Part shown: positions 12,101 through 25,890 of the stretch, piece by piece
How positions within the stretch are numbered: position 1 is the first letter of the stretch
Layout of the letters: every line of letters starts with the position of its first letter
Assembly: GCF_000181795.1 (NCBI RefSeq)
Contig: NW_003526945.1
Coordinates: forward strand, 1,057,326 to 1,090,903
Direction of reading: 5' to 3'
Origin: Trichinella spiralis
Taxonomy: Eukaryota
DNA: 33,578 nt
The notes under the pieces: generated by a model
Databases searched by the model: none
Seen by the model: the letters and a program-made list of their open reading frames with translations, nothing else
Told to the model about the DNA's origin: nothing
Position numbers and translations under genes: made by a program

Positions 12101-14771
12101 TGCGTGAAAAATGAAGCAGAATGAATCACTTTCTAAATTATGATGAATTTCGTTGATATTTACAACCTTACCCTGACATGAAAAACGCTAAAATTTATTT
12201 CAGAAACAAAAAAATCTATCATTCCTCATTGTAAATCATACAAGTAAACAATAACATCAAATATATTCATATGTTGCTTTTTTGAATAAATGCTTCACTG
12301 TCGTTGATAATTGTAACGACATCAATTTAACAAATTATAAAGTGATGATTCACCGATTGTTCGAGAAGAATTGATCGACCATGGCAGAAACGAACGTTTG
12401 CCAGTCAGTCTGCTCCAGTTGAAAATGATTCACTGAAAATTAATAACCTCAACCATATATCTCCGCACACTTATACTGAATTCTAAACTTGTTTAAAAGA
12501 ACAACAAAATTAATGCAATTTTAAATTTTATTTAATCGTCTAAAAAACAAGAAATATTTCTATTGATCAATCTGTATCATTTGCTAAATTTAGTTCAGAA
12601 TATCTGCTGACAATTATTCGACCCAATGTCATCTGAAAAATGTTTCTGATAAACATATCATTTTTATTTATTATCTATTTATAAATTTAATATATACTAA
12701 TAAAGTAACAACGTCAGCAGAAAGAATTGCCATTGTTGATAAATTATACAACTGAAGAATAGAAACCATCCACTTGGAAAGCAAATTAAACATTTTGACA
12801 ATACCCAACAACCCTGACTGCAACCATTCTCATGAAATCTTAAAAAAGTTTCGACAACTCTGTAAAGTCAGCTGTGCATACTAGAACATATCAATTATTT
12901 CAGATGAATATAAACAGCCATTAAATACAAATGTGAATGTACTACTTAAAGTTAGTTAAACATAAAAGTAAAATCAACAGTCATTTTCCACTGACTTACC
13001 TTTTCCTAGCTGCAATAAAGTATCGACGTACCGACGAATCACAACATGTAAGAAGCATAAAAAAATAATTGTACTAATGGAACTGTCTGATTGTTCATAC
13101 AGTATCTATAAAAATATAATGTACAAATCTCTGATAGAGTATTTATTTAAATTTGATATTTAAATCAGAAAATTATTTGAAATTATTATGGAAACTAGAA
13201 GATTCTTTGGTTTATGCAAAAACTGAATAGATACTTCAAACTAAAATTTGAAAATAGCTGTTAAATTAAAATTGCGCAAAATTTTATTGTACCTAATAAG
13301 TGAAAACAAAAAAATGTTCAATTAAAATAAGTTTTTACATAATGTAAAAAAACCAATAATGAATTGCACAAGTTTTTTAAATATGGGTGACTTATTTCAA
13401 ATAAATACGTAAGTAAAAATTAAATATTTTAAATAATTATCCATTGAGGAACTTCAATAAAATATTTAAAATATATACTAAAATTATGTATGCCAAATTC
13501 AAAGTACTGAATGCTTTCAAAAAATAACATTTCTTACGATTGATGCTTTGTGTCAATATGTTGCATAGTAAACTTTGAATAAAATAAAGCTTATTCAAGC
13601 CACTAAACTTAGCTAGGAGTGCTTATTTAATTATCAAAAATTCAATCAAATATTAATGCTATTTTTAATAAATTGCAAGGATTATATTTAACAAAGGCAT
13701 ACTGTAAAAATTTAAGTAAAATAATTTTCAGGGTTTACTTTATTCTTCCTAAAAATACTAGCATTAGACAAATTAAATTATTCAAAAACATTGTGTTATT
13801 ATAAATATTAAGTTCAATTCCTAATTTTAATGATAAAATTGTTAAAATTACCACTCAATATGTTATTTCGTTAAGTAAAGGAAAAATGTCATTATTTTAT
13901 AAAATCGAAATACTTTAAAATTTTAAAGCTGCTCTTTAACAATAGTGATGGAAGATTAAAAAAATTAAGAAAATTATATTTGATTGAAACGATAAAATTT
14001 TTAAATAAAGTCATCTCAGAAGTCTCTATGCACTGCATAATGTTTGTAACCAATTATTCACTGACTTTATTAGTTTCAATTTATCAATCGACTGCATGGA
14101 TGGATATTTAATAAATCATTGCATCATCACTTAATTCCATATGAAAATGAATCTGTATATAGATAATTTTTTATATTCTTACACAATATCATCTATTTCA
14201 GGCAACAATAAATGATATCATTGATACACACAACAGATAATTTTTTCAATGCGTAATGACGTGGATAACCGTGAATTTTCCACCACTGAAATTAAAAGCA
14301 TATACTTTATTTATTTCGATTCGATATTTATTTCCACTAGTAATATTTCGTAGACCAACTGATGAGCACTTTGAACGCTATGAATTTTTAACAAACGCTA
14401 CGTAATGAAGTGCAATTTTAATGGATTTCTTTGAATTTGATCAGTTTAAAATATCATCATATAATATTAACATTTCAGCAAAGCTAACATTTAGGTCAGA
14501 ATAATGCATGAAATAATATTTTTCTCGATGTAATTTTTTGCGAACTTTAAAAAAAAAGTATAACAAAATTATAAGTTTTTTATGAACATTTGTGATAAAA
14601 ATTCTTTTATTAATTAAAGAAGTTAAACAATATTATTAATAAATAAGAAAACAATAATGGCGATACAATAAATGATAACAATTGACATCCATTCTGCTAC
14701 ATATGAAAAATATGAACAATGAACAAGTCGCAATATAAGAATGGAATTTGCAACATTTACATCAAAACTTT

Positions 14772-15845
14772 TCAGTAAGTGTCATCTTGAAGGATGTCAT
14801 AGGATGGTTGAAACAATCCTAATGCTTTTAACATCTCTTCACGCTCTTTCAATTTCTTTTTCTTCTCTTCTTCTTTTTTAGCTTGCAAATTTACAGCTTC
14901 TTTGATTGTAGTTTTTGTTAGAATTTCTTCCATTGGCTTATTCTGATCCTAGATAAGAATAATAACCGTAATAATAATAATCATTTTAAATATTCATTTA
15001 ACCTAACCATAATAACAACTAAAAAGGTGCATTGCAAAGTGCCCTAAACAAACATAAACTATGATTTCGTTGATAACAAGTGCTGCAACAGAAATTACTT
15101 TGCTGCTAAACCCAAGTTATTTGCAGAAAACAGCAATTTATTTAAAAATTGCTTAATTTAACTTGTAAAAGTCTAAAAATGATTTATGCATTAAATTTCA
15201 GAATAGATATCTACTTATAAAACGTCATGCATTATTTCCGGTATGTGCTTACCAATTCACCAACAAGAAAGACATTTTCTCCTCGTACAATGAATAGACC
15301 CATTGAAATGTCGCTGTACATATTGTTGACAACAATCCGCTCAACTGTATCTTCCAAAACAATGTTTGCTGCAAATAAGAAATTTCAAACGCAATTAAAC
15401 TATAATTTATAATTACCAAATTGATCAACTGAACGCAAATAACCAATCATATTTCGTCCATCACGCAAAATAACAAGCACTTTCTCTAAAATAAAAAAAG
15501 CAATTCAATAAAATTACACATAGAACCAATGATATTTGTACAGTGAATAACAATGATTATAATTGACTCTTGATATTCTAATTTCATTTAAATTATAAAT
15601 TTTCCCTCAATAGATGATGCTCAAGAAAAATATGCTATTTCATATAACCAAAGTTTCAAGAATTTATCATTTACTTTGCTTTAATGTTGAGTTATTTTTT
15701 CGGAAAATTTCCAATAGAAATCTGTGTAAAATGAACTACAACATTAATTTATTAAGCATTTAAACACATTTAATAAAAGAAATTTACTATTTAAATCTTC
15801 CAAAAGACTTGCTGCTCCAAAAAGGCGATCTTCAAAGCACATCAT
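14772..15845 (-). CDS. LSM1: Sm-like protein LSm1 (mRNA decapping activator), ~139 aa, 4 exons: 15845-15788, 15485-15417, 15368-15253, 14948-14772
   Basis: Spliced 420-nt frame: MMCFEDRLFGAASLLEDLNKKVLVILRDGRNMIGYLRSVDQFANIVLEDTVERIVVNNMYSDISMGLFIVRGENVFLVGELDQNKPMEEIL...KKLKEREEMLKALGLFQPSYDILQDDTY*. Sm1/Sm2 motifs (DQFAN, IVRGENV) and the LSm1-type C-terminal helix are present. All junctions are GT-AG with consistent phases. Confidence 0.93.
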
Positions 15846-16323
15846 CTTGACACTTTACTCTTACAGTATCGCAAAAATGAGAAGAGAAGCTTAGTTTCTT
15901 TCGCGGTGAACAAGTTGGCAGTCAAATTACAGTAAGGTAATTAATCACAATAAAAATGAAGGTCAGTTGAACATTTTTGAAATAGAAACTGCCTTTTCAT
16001 ATATTTAAAATGTGTATTTTAATAATTAATTTTTTCTTTATTGCGTATAAAAATTTAAATTATCTTAAAAAAGCAATTAGTTGTTAAATTGGTACAGAAA
16101 GCTGTTGTAATACAAAGTGACAGTTTATACTTTTACTTCACTGTTCATGGGTTCAGTAATAAATAAAATTTTATTTATATTGAAGCTGTTTACTTAATGC
16201 AATGAATTTAACGCAGCATGCAGAATTTCTGTTTTTCCTATTAAACTTGATAATTGGATAATAATGAATAGGTTACTGCAGTCATTTCGTTGCATTTCTA
16301 TTTGTTTTCCCCCAAGTAGACAG

Positions 16324-16472
16324 GTGAGCATTTTCAATTTATCCTTGACAATCAATATATTCTACCGCTGGCTGTTCGACCTCCGAACAAGTTTCAGTTT
16401 ACTCTTGAGAAAGTTGTCTGTTGGTTTGTGATAGTACACTGCACCACGGTGTGTTTTTTCTGTGTTTTACAG
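16324..16472 (+). other. Probable 5'-UTR intron of the katanin p80 gene
   Basis: Strong donor CAG|GTGAGC at 16323/16324. A polypyrimidine acceptor ttttttctgtgttttacAG ends at 16472, 133 nt before the ATG. Confidence 0.5.
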
Positions 16473-16605
16473 GAATCTTTGAGATTTTTTTCTTTTAAAT
16501 ATATTCACCACATCTTTTGTTTACTTCGCTGCCACGCACTACAACAGTAACCCAATTTTCTTCAGTGCCTTAGTTCTGATTTAGAAAAAAAGAGGAAAAA
16601 AAACA

Positions 16606-19600
16606 ATGTCTTCGGATCTCATGCAAACGCTGTGTAAGTATATGATCTGTAGATGTACAAATTTGATGCAGAAGCGATTTCGCTTTTATGGGAGTATTGA
16701 AACCGAAGCAGCGGTATTTATTTATTTATTGAGTTCAAGTTGTGTCGTTTGCTTATGCAGTGCTATCGGTTCAACTTTGACGGCCTGTCTTATAATATGC
16801 ATTTAACCGAGTGAAATTGATTTTTGTCAAATTGGAAAATCGACTTGAACAATTTGTCTCGGTGGTGGTGCGATTTTCAAATCAATCCATTGTTCTAATT
16901 ACACTTTGGTTTCTTTTTTGACATGCAAATGGGATTTGTAATTGAGAATAAAAATAAGCAGATAAAATTGTGTATTATTATTTTTTTGAATAACAATGAA
17001 TTACAATTTAGTTTTGCTCAACGGTGGTTTGGTGCAGGATATTCAGTGCGCTAGATTTTCCAAAGATGCTTCACTTCTCGGTATTGCTGGAAATGATAAA
17101 ATTGTTCGTCTTTTCAAGCCGGACAGGAGCAATTCGCACACGGTGAAGATGGGAAAATTTTGAAAAATGTATGAAATAATTTTTTTAATAATTATGAATT
17201 TTGTTTTCAGACTTTGACTGGCCATTTTTGTGCCGTGAGTACTTTATGCTTTTCTTTCGACGAAACAACAGTAGCCAGCGGCAGTGTTTCTGGCGTTGTC
17301 AAAGTATGGGATGCTTGTGCAGGCAGTTGTAAGTTTTGTTTTTTTTTTGGCAATTCTGCTTCGATTTTAGTATTTGAATTTTTGAAATTTGTGTTTACAT
17401 TTGCAGTAATGTGCAGTCTGTTCGGTCATTTGGACAGGGTCACTTGTCTGGCTAATAGCAGCACTTGTCTACCCCAATGGGCGACCGGTTCTGTGAATGA
17501 TGAAGTGAAATTATGGGACACCAGATGCCCATCGGTAGATTTGCTGACTATCAAAGTAAGCTTTTCACACATGATTTTGGCATTGAAATTTTACCTTTCG
17601 CTTTTCGCTGATTCCATTCAAATTAGTTAATAAGTGTTTTTCTTTCTTTCATTGAAACACAATCATTCACATCATACATAAATGTGTAAGAATGATAAAA
17701 CTTGGCGCGTTGATACTTGGAAATATGATGCAGTTGTTTATTCGCATTTGCGGATGTGTAAATCGACGATGCAGTAGTTCAATGCTTCAACAGATTGCTG
17801 TTTATAACTTTCAGAAAATGTGCAAGCAATTATTTACCAAGTGAAGAATGTTATCATTTGAACAAAGAAGACATTTTATTAGGAGTCGGCTTATTTTTAT
17901 GCTTCAATGATTAATAACTTCGCAAAGAATATTTTCTATTTATATGCTAGTTTAGATTTCCTTTAATTTATCTATTCAACGGGAAACGAGAAAATAGCAA
18001 ACGAGCAATTTAAAAGAAAAAAAATCCATAAGAAATGCCGTTAGTGTTGTTGTCAATGGTGCGCACATTAGTTAGCATACGATGAAACTTGTTTTCAGCT
18101 GATTTCACTCTCGTTCAGAACTACTTTCAACTCGTTTAACAATATGAAAGATATTTTTAATTAAAAAATTTTTTTAAATAAAATACACATATGTAATATT
18201 ATATAACAGGATTGGTTTTTTATTAAAATAATAGAAACTTCAAAATAATGTAGTCCTTCTTATTGAATGAATATAAAATGCATTTAAATTGAAATATTTT
18301 ACATTTAAAATAATGTTCTTGTTGTTGTTGTTGTTGTTGTTGTTATTGCTGTTTTGTTTTACACAAAATGGAATTATTCCATTTGTCTTCAACTTTTACC
18401 AATGTCGATTTAAAGAGGAAGTTGCTACAGTATGCTTTTTGAAGAAATCTCTGATTTTGAAAACGTTGAAGAATAGAACAAAAAACAACAAACAACAAGA
18501 GAGAGAAAGAGCGTTGAAAAGAAATTAATCCAACGAAACTGTATAGTTTTTATTCATTCAGAAATGCATGCAATTCATATATTATGGAATATATATATAT
18601 GTCGGAATGGTGAAATTATTCTTGAACAGAGAAATTACAATGGAGATATTCAGTTGCGAGCGTCAGCGTTAACTGGCAACAGTAATTTAGGACAAAAGTA
18701 CAATGAAAAATAATTTTTTTTATAATCAAACGCAAATGAATGAGGAAAATTTTCTTTTCTTTACTCATCACATTTTGGTGAACAGTATTTAAATTGTTGA
18801 AATTTCAGGGAAAATACGGTTCCGCACGGTGTCTAGAGTTTTCACCGCATGGTCAGTGGCTTGTCTGCGGTTTTGAGAATCGTGCAGTGATGGTAAGCTT
18901 TTATTTTTTTTTCTATGGTTTATTTTCTACGATATGTATATATGTGTGTATGGTTAATTTGATTGTTGGTTTAGATCTGGGATTTAAGATCTTCTAGTTC
19001 ATTGGCATTGTTCGATCAACATTCCGGTCCAATCAACGAATTCGACTTTCATCCAAATGAAATGCTTTTAGCTTCTTCCAGTGAAGACAAGACCGTTCGT
19101 TTTTGGGATTTGGAAAGTTTAGAATGCGTTACACAAAGTGACTGCGATGGTTCTGCTGTGAAGTAGATATGCAATTTATGATATTGTGATTGTTTGATTA
19201 TTAATTCATGTGATTTTGGAATATTCAAGGAATGTCAGCTTTCACAGAGATGGTCAGTGTTTGTACAGTGCCAGTGCAAGCGGTTTGCGGGTTCTCGGTT
19301 GGGAACCGTTCGTCATTTATGACCAAATTGACAACAAACGATGCAACACTATTGATTGGCGTTTTGTGTGCCAAACTCAGTTTTCGCAATCAAGGAACCA
19401 ATTGCTTGTTTTATGTTTGGATTCGGATACATGTCGTTTGTCAATTTCGACTTTGAATTCCCATCTTCTCGCGCCATTTGCCGTAATACGCGAACCAGAT
19501 GATGATTATGCTTTATCATTATCACCGAAATGCGAATCAGATGGTATGTCGATGAAAATAATAACGAAAAACAAAGCAGTATTAATTAATTAATTTATTT

Positions 19601-22162
19601 ATTATTTCAAGAAAGCGATCATTTAATAGTGGATGTTGGTAATGACATCGGTGCGGTAGGCTTGCAGAAATTGTCCAAAAGTCGAATACCGAAAGCACAG
19701 TTGACTCGAGCAGTTACACTTCAAGATATCTCTACTGGCAGTACAACGACAGTAGCTGATGATTTGAGTGCTTTTCGTCCTACACGATGCTGTAAGTTTG
19801 TTATAAATATAAATGCAAATTTTGATAGTGATTTTAAAGGATTTTTTTGTTTGTTGTCAAGTCAGCTTTTCATATTTTTGTTTAAAATGAAACGCCGAAT
19901 ACAATAATTCACTCAATGTTTATTGTTGAATTCAAATTTGAAGCAACTTTTAGTGCAAAGATCTCCACCTTGTTCACCGAATAATTTTGCCAGCACCAGT
20001 AGAACGTGTTCGTTGGAAAGAGTGAGCAAATTGAACAGAAATACATCAGTGAGACAATTGAAAGGTGAAGTTGAAAGTATTTCTCGTTTATTGAAACAGA
20101 AAATATTTCAAATTATTAATTATTCGTATGTTACTTTTTTTTTGTAGTTTCATCTCAAGCAGTGAAAGGTTCGTTGGCACCGTTGAACACGTTGAAAAGT
20201 CGATCGTTGGAAAGGAAGGCAACTTCCAGAACACTCAGCCATGCCAATTCGACCGCCTCTTCGTCCAGTTGTTGTAGTCTGAGTTCGGTTGCGTCGAAAT
20301 CGACGACAAACGTCCACTCAGCCGCAACCGATGCGGGATATCCGTTGAAATATACCGGTGCTCGTCCACTGAGAACCACCACCAACACAACAGGCTCGGT
20401 TTCGTCGATTCGTTCGCCTGGTGTTGTCGAAAAGCCACCGTCATCAGCTTCGTCATTGTCGTCGTCAAGATTGGCGGCAAGGAGGAGAACCACGGGTGCC
20501 GTAGCGACGGTCACTCCTCTGGACACGGCACCGGTAGCACGAGGTGTGACCAAGCAAACGGCCGCTTCGAGGAAAAAGCTCGTCAATCAAGTGAATCCGC
20601 TGGTCCATACGTGCTCTAATGAATCTTTGAATCTTTCCAGTTGTAAAGTGGAACAATTGTCGCCGTCGAATGTTACCACTGGCAAGCTAGATCTCAAACT
20701 TCCGGTGCGTAGTTTAATTATTCATTATTAAATTATTCAATTTCTTAATTTTTGTTTGCTTTTATTAATTTATTGATTAATTTATTACGATTGACCGCCG
20801 TGGTATTTTTGTCGATCACAGGTAGCCGCAGCTATAATGGAGGTGGGAATTGGTTTGGCATTATTCAGGGTCAATATACTACACTAAGTAGCCTAGCACA
20901 ACGGGCATTTGTGATTTGAGCAACGAATTGAACACCGACTATAAGCATATGCAGTTGTCATGGAGATAGACGTCGGGCGTTATTATTCCTGGCGGACGTT
21001 GAAGCTTTTTGGTCTTGTTTCTTCTTCTTTTTTCCACCCACTTTCTTGTTGCTGTTAGGCTTTTCAATTACAATTTCACAGCATGAACATCCGATTTCAA
21101 AAATTCAATCAACATTCTTCTTATTGTTCAACTTTACCGTTGCAGATGCAAAAATGTCGATTGTCGAATAATTTTGTAAGCCTTTTTTGTGCAAAATTTT
21201 TTCAAAACCACTACATCCGTACAAAGACTATTTTTTTGTTCACGCACATGCATTCATCTTTCATAATATTATCAGTGCTTTTTTTATTATTTGGAAGAAC
21301 TATTGATCTCGTCATTCCAAAGTTGAAAATTCAATTGATAATTCAATATATTTATATATATATATTAGAGCGTTTCATTTGTTTTATACTTATTTATTTA
21401 TTTAGCGTCAGCGAAAAATTAGTAACGAGTTTAAAGTTTTCCCATCCTGTTCAGCAACCACTGAACAAGCTGCGTTGCAGCTTATAGAGAAAAGTGCAAT
21501 GGTGGTGTCATTGTTGAATTATCGTCGCAATGCACTGAGCATGATATTGTCAATGACCAAATCTCGGGGATTGAAAGAAGCACTGCAAGAGATGATCCAC
21601 ATTCAAGACGATTCAATACTGGTAGATGTGCTGAACATTCTGAATGCAAATAGGTTATGGATTATTATCTTTATCTTTGAATGTTGTATTGTTTTATCAT
21701 CATCAATTATTATTATTTCAGCTCTTTGTGGAGTTTGGACGTGTGCTGCATTGTACTGCCTAGAATTGGTGAATTGTTGAAATCGAAATATGAAAATTAT
21801 GTTCAAACGGCACTGGACAGTTTATTGTTGATGTTGAATGGATTTGGCCCAATGTTTAAACAGTACGCATCCACTGATTCTACAATTGGAGTCGACATTG
21901 CTCAAGAAGAAAGGTATATATATACTCTTTTGTCTTTCTATAATTATTGTCTTGTACAATGACAGTGATGGATTTGTCTTTTCAAAATTTAATCGTATAC
22001 TTTAGAATTGAAAAGTGTAAAAAATGTTCTTCATATTTGCTTGAAATTCGCAATGTTGTCATTGATAAAAACAAACTTTCGACCGCTGACATTAATGAAA
22101 ATCGTCTTTGGCGAGATTTCAAGCAGTCTGGTGAATTATTAAATTCATTTTGTAACGATTGA
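16606..22162 (+). CDS. KATNB1: Katanin p80 WD40-repeat regulatory subunit B1, ~828 aa, 14 exons: 16606-16633, 17012-17142, 17211-17328, 17407-17555, 18809-18892, 18975-19162, 19230-19543, 19612-19791, 19954-20064, 20148-20704, 21146-21175, 21406-21653, 21722-21913, 22006-22162
   Basis: N-terminal WD40 repeats resembling p80 (LTGH..VKVWD, FGH..VKLWD, CLEFSPHGQWL, HSGPINEFDFHPNEMLLASSSEDKTVRFWDLE, DGQCLYSA..LRVLGWEP). These are followed by a Ser/Thr-rich linker and a con80 domain (DDSILVDVLNIL, LWSLDVCCIVLP, LLKSKYENYV, GVDIAQEERIEKC). The joined frame is 2487 nt. Exon 1 and exon 11 are the least certain. Confidence 0.9.
18319..18343. repeat. (TTG)n microsatellite in katanin intron 4
   Basis: About 8 tandem TTG units. 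Confidence 0.85.
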
Positions 22163-22282
22163 AAGTAAACGAATTCAAATCCTTCGACAAATTACCATTC
22201 TCCATTGCCTGCCTCTATTCTACCTCTAACTGCTTTTATAGCATTTTTTTGTTCTTTTATTTTTCCTACATGTTCTTATTTG

Positions 22283-22284
<2 letters not shown>

Positions 22285-22313
<29 letters not shown>

Positions 22314-22366
22314 GCTTTAATTTTCATTAATTTGATAGACTTCAAATGATAATAATAATAATAATA
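22285..22366. repeat. Opposed (TTA)n and (AAT)n microsatellites in the katanin 3' region
   Basis: (TTA)n at 22285-22313 and (AAT)n at about 22349-22366. Confidence 0.85.
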
Positions 22367-25300
22367 GAATCGAAATTATTCGACTGTAATATGTTGTATA
22401 TCTATTATTAATTTCCTTCCAATGTTATTTCATCATTGCATAGCTTTCACCAACTAGGATTGTTCTGATTTGTTTTTGTATTTTTTATTCGGGTGTTCAA
22501 CAATTTGTTCGTCTTTTGTACAATTGCTTTTTGTTTGAATAATATTTTTAATGACTGATTGATTTGTTGTTTTGTTCAACAACAACAACAAGTTTGCTGG
22601 TGCTGCTGCTTTTTACCGTTTTTATCTGAAATTTTTATTGTTCTCTTTTTTTGTGATTTGTATTATTTTTCACGAAATTGTTCCCAACGAGTCAAAAAGC
22701 CTGGCCGGATGTGTCGTCCAATTTGGCATCCATTGGCAAATTGAGAATTCAACGTTGCCCTTGATTGATGGATAGCCGAGCTTTCGTCCAATCAATGCCA
22801 TTTTTTTTCTCTGCTTCATTTATTTCTTGCTTTGCCGAACAACGACAGTATTCACAACATGCAGGCTATCAATCTGTTGACGGATTTTTTATTGATTGAA
22901 TATTTTTTCCATTTTATGGGATCAAATGTTATTTATTTTACCTCTTACTTTTCAATTTTACAACTTGCGCAGTACATACGTGTATAATATGTAAACTGCA
23001 CAATTATTGTCAAGCCCATTTGCTGTTTGAAAAATCAATTTTATTTTCTTTCACCATAAGCAAGTTGTAGTGTTATACTGCTGTAAATTTTTTACACAAA
23101 ATTTTAGCAGTGCAGAATAAAAGTCGAATAATGAAAACTGCTTACGGGGAAAAGTTTTGAGCAAATGTGAAAAGCTATTTGTTAAATTTGCAGCAGCGAT
23201 CTGAAAGCGATGATTGCTTTTTATCATCGTAATGTTTTCCATCACGGAGCCGCCGATTTATTTCGAAAAGGCATTTCATTATTTCATACTGTATTTAAAC
23301 ACTTAATTATCAAATATTTTCACCACTGCGACATGCAATGAAAGTGCGTTTGTTATGTCAAAATAGAAATGATTAATAATTTTCCCTTCATCTATCAAAA
23401 TAATCTGTTGAAATAAATGTAATAAACAGTATTCGAAAATTTTTTAATAAAAGAATGTTTAAGTAGATAATTTCTACTACTTTGAGTGATTATGAATAAT
23501 AAAATTCTTTTAAACAACAATCTAATGCTATTGTGAGTGATACCTATCTGTACTGATTGAATTAATCAATTCTATCAGTACATCAAGCTAACTTTTTCAA
23601 ATGCAAATTAACATATCTGCTGGCTATATTTTTCAATTTTCTTTTCAATTGAACAGTTATTGAAATTAAGTTTCTGAAATTTAATAAATTTATTAATAAC
23701 GACTTGAATGAATTTACATCTATTTGGAAACTATATCGTTTTTACAATAATTCATATTTATAATTCATATTCACATTTGGAAAAATAATTTTATCGTTTA
23801 CTCTTATTTGTGTTTGCACTTATTTGTAAGAGGATGGTAAAAAGGAAATCCAGCTTGTTTTTGCGTCTGCATTTGCTATTTCAGTGAATTTGAAAAGCTG
23901 CGAGCTAATTTTATTGCCGAAGCGGTATATTTTGATCTTTCTAAGCAATTTCAACACTGCATCGAAAACATTTTCTTTCTTTATTCTGCGTAAATCAACA
24001 AAATACTGCAGCTCTTTTATTCGACAATTGAAAACTGTTTGCTTGTTCTGTTTTACGTATTTTAAATAATTCTGTGGCAATTGAAAAATCAAAACTGCTG
24101 AAATATTCTAACAATTCATTCAAGTAATATACAAATTTATCACAAATTCACTTTCACAATCTGATAAAATCATTCAACTATACTGTAAAACAAGCCTTCT
24201 AATTTATTGCATAGCAAAATGCCATTTTACACTGACAAATGTTTGGGACATTTTGACGTTCTACATTTTTATAGCCATGCAACACATACTGTCGCTATGA
24301 ACCGCTTTGTCTATGCACGTCTGTTTTGTCTTAAAGATAACTTTATTAAAATTAAATATTCCCATATTAACTGCGTAAAGTAAATATAGTTGACAAAATA
24401 GAATATAACAATCATTTATTTGAATATCATATTCAAACAGCAATATGCAAAACGTGCAATTTTATAATTTCAACTTCATCAATATTAACAAATGATAAAA
24501 ATGCAAATGTAATTTTATCAGTTCTGTTGTTTTTCAGTTGTATTGTTGTTTAGCAATTGCGGTTGCGAGCTTTTGCAGAATTTCAACATTTGCAACAACA
24601 ACAACAACACGAGCAAAAAAAAATAGAGGAAAATGTTCCCTTCTGATTTTATTATTGTTCATTGCTGCTGCGTTTTATGCTTATCTTTGGAAATTATTCT
24701 TCGAGAAAATTGTTCGAAAAATTCACATTAAACAGCAGTGAGAACTATTAAATAAAGAAATCGCGCAATGTAAAATTGTTAAATTTATCTATTTACGAAA
24801 TACTGTTTCAGTTTTCACGATAATTTCTGACATGTAGATATTTGCATATGCACATGAGAAATTAAAAAAATTGAAACTCATTGTTCATTTAATTTTTCAT
24901 CGAATCACAACTTTCTCACTAGCACCGTTACGCAACGAGATTCCTTTGGCTGAGCTCACTCATCACGACTACTAGCAATGCCTTTGCTTTTATTCGTTGC
25001 ACTGAAGCAAACAAACAGACAAACAATTACTCAGGGCAGTATTTTTTTTGAAATAGAACTGTAGAAAAGGTACAATTAGCAATTGCATGCAAAGATGAAA
25101 ACAGATATAAATGATGAATTGGAAATTAATTGACAACGCTTCGAGCAAAGGGAGGGGGATGTAGAGAATGTTTCAGATTAATAAATAATAATCACAACTT
25201 TTTTCAGAATTTTAAAAAATTTTAAATCCATTTTTGGATTATTTGTGTGTTTTATTAGAAACGAATACTTTCTTGGCATAATTTTTCACAATTTCAGCGC

Positions 25301-25890
25301 AGAAAATTTCATTTGTATTGGTTGTGGGCCTTGGACCAATGACCCAAATATGCCTCTGTATTCAAGTGAATTAATTGAACTTTGCAATATTGCAAATTGA
25401 CCAAAATTGTATTACTCTTTGCACAAAGCAGCACTCACAGTGCTTTTCCCGCCACGACCACGGCTTCTTCTTCAGAGCGCTCTAGCAACATGTGGTAAAT
25501 GCTGCAGCAATAATTTCACCATCTGCACTTCTTTCAGGCCACAACAAAACAAAACATTTCAACTTAGTAATAGTAGACCTTGGCATTGTATTAACTTCAA
25601 AAGCCTGACTAAGTAGCCATTGAATAATAGAACCAGAACTGGCAGTAAAATTTGATGATGGCACTTTTTTACAACCCCAACCGACCGTATAATTTGCACT
25701 TTTTTGTGGAACTGTTTTTTGTTCAACGTTTGCTTATGCACAATTGCAAATCGCTTTTCATATTCCTTATCAAACTGAACGATGTTTCAGTTTTGATTTG
25801 CAATTTGAATCGGAACGTATCTCTTTATTTTGCAACTGAATTTTTGCAAATTTAAACAAATCATGATACGGAGCAACAACAACCAACGTA

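Noticed and set aside
14359..14400. CTGATGA as a hammerhead core or C box
   Set aside because: No GAAA after a stem II, and no clear terminal stem with a CTGA D box.
20155..20656. Minus-strand ORFs of 143, 81 and 63 aa
   Set aside because: Antisense shadows of katanin exon 10.
23820..24092. Opposing ORFs (90 aa minus, 61 aa plus) and a short EFEKLRANFIAEA frame faintly like a globin E helix
   Set aside because: No flanking exons or further globin residues were found; consistent with chance in AT-rich DNA.
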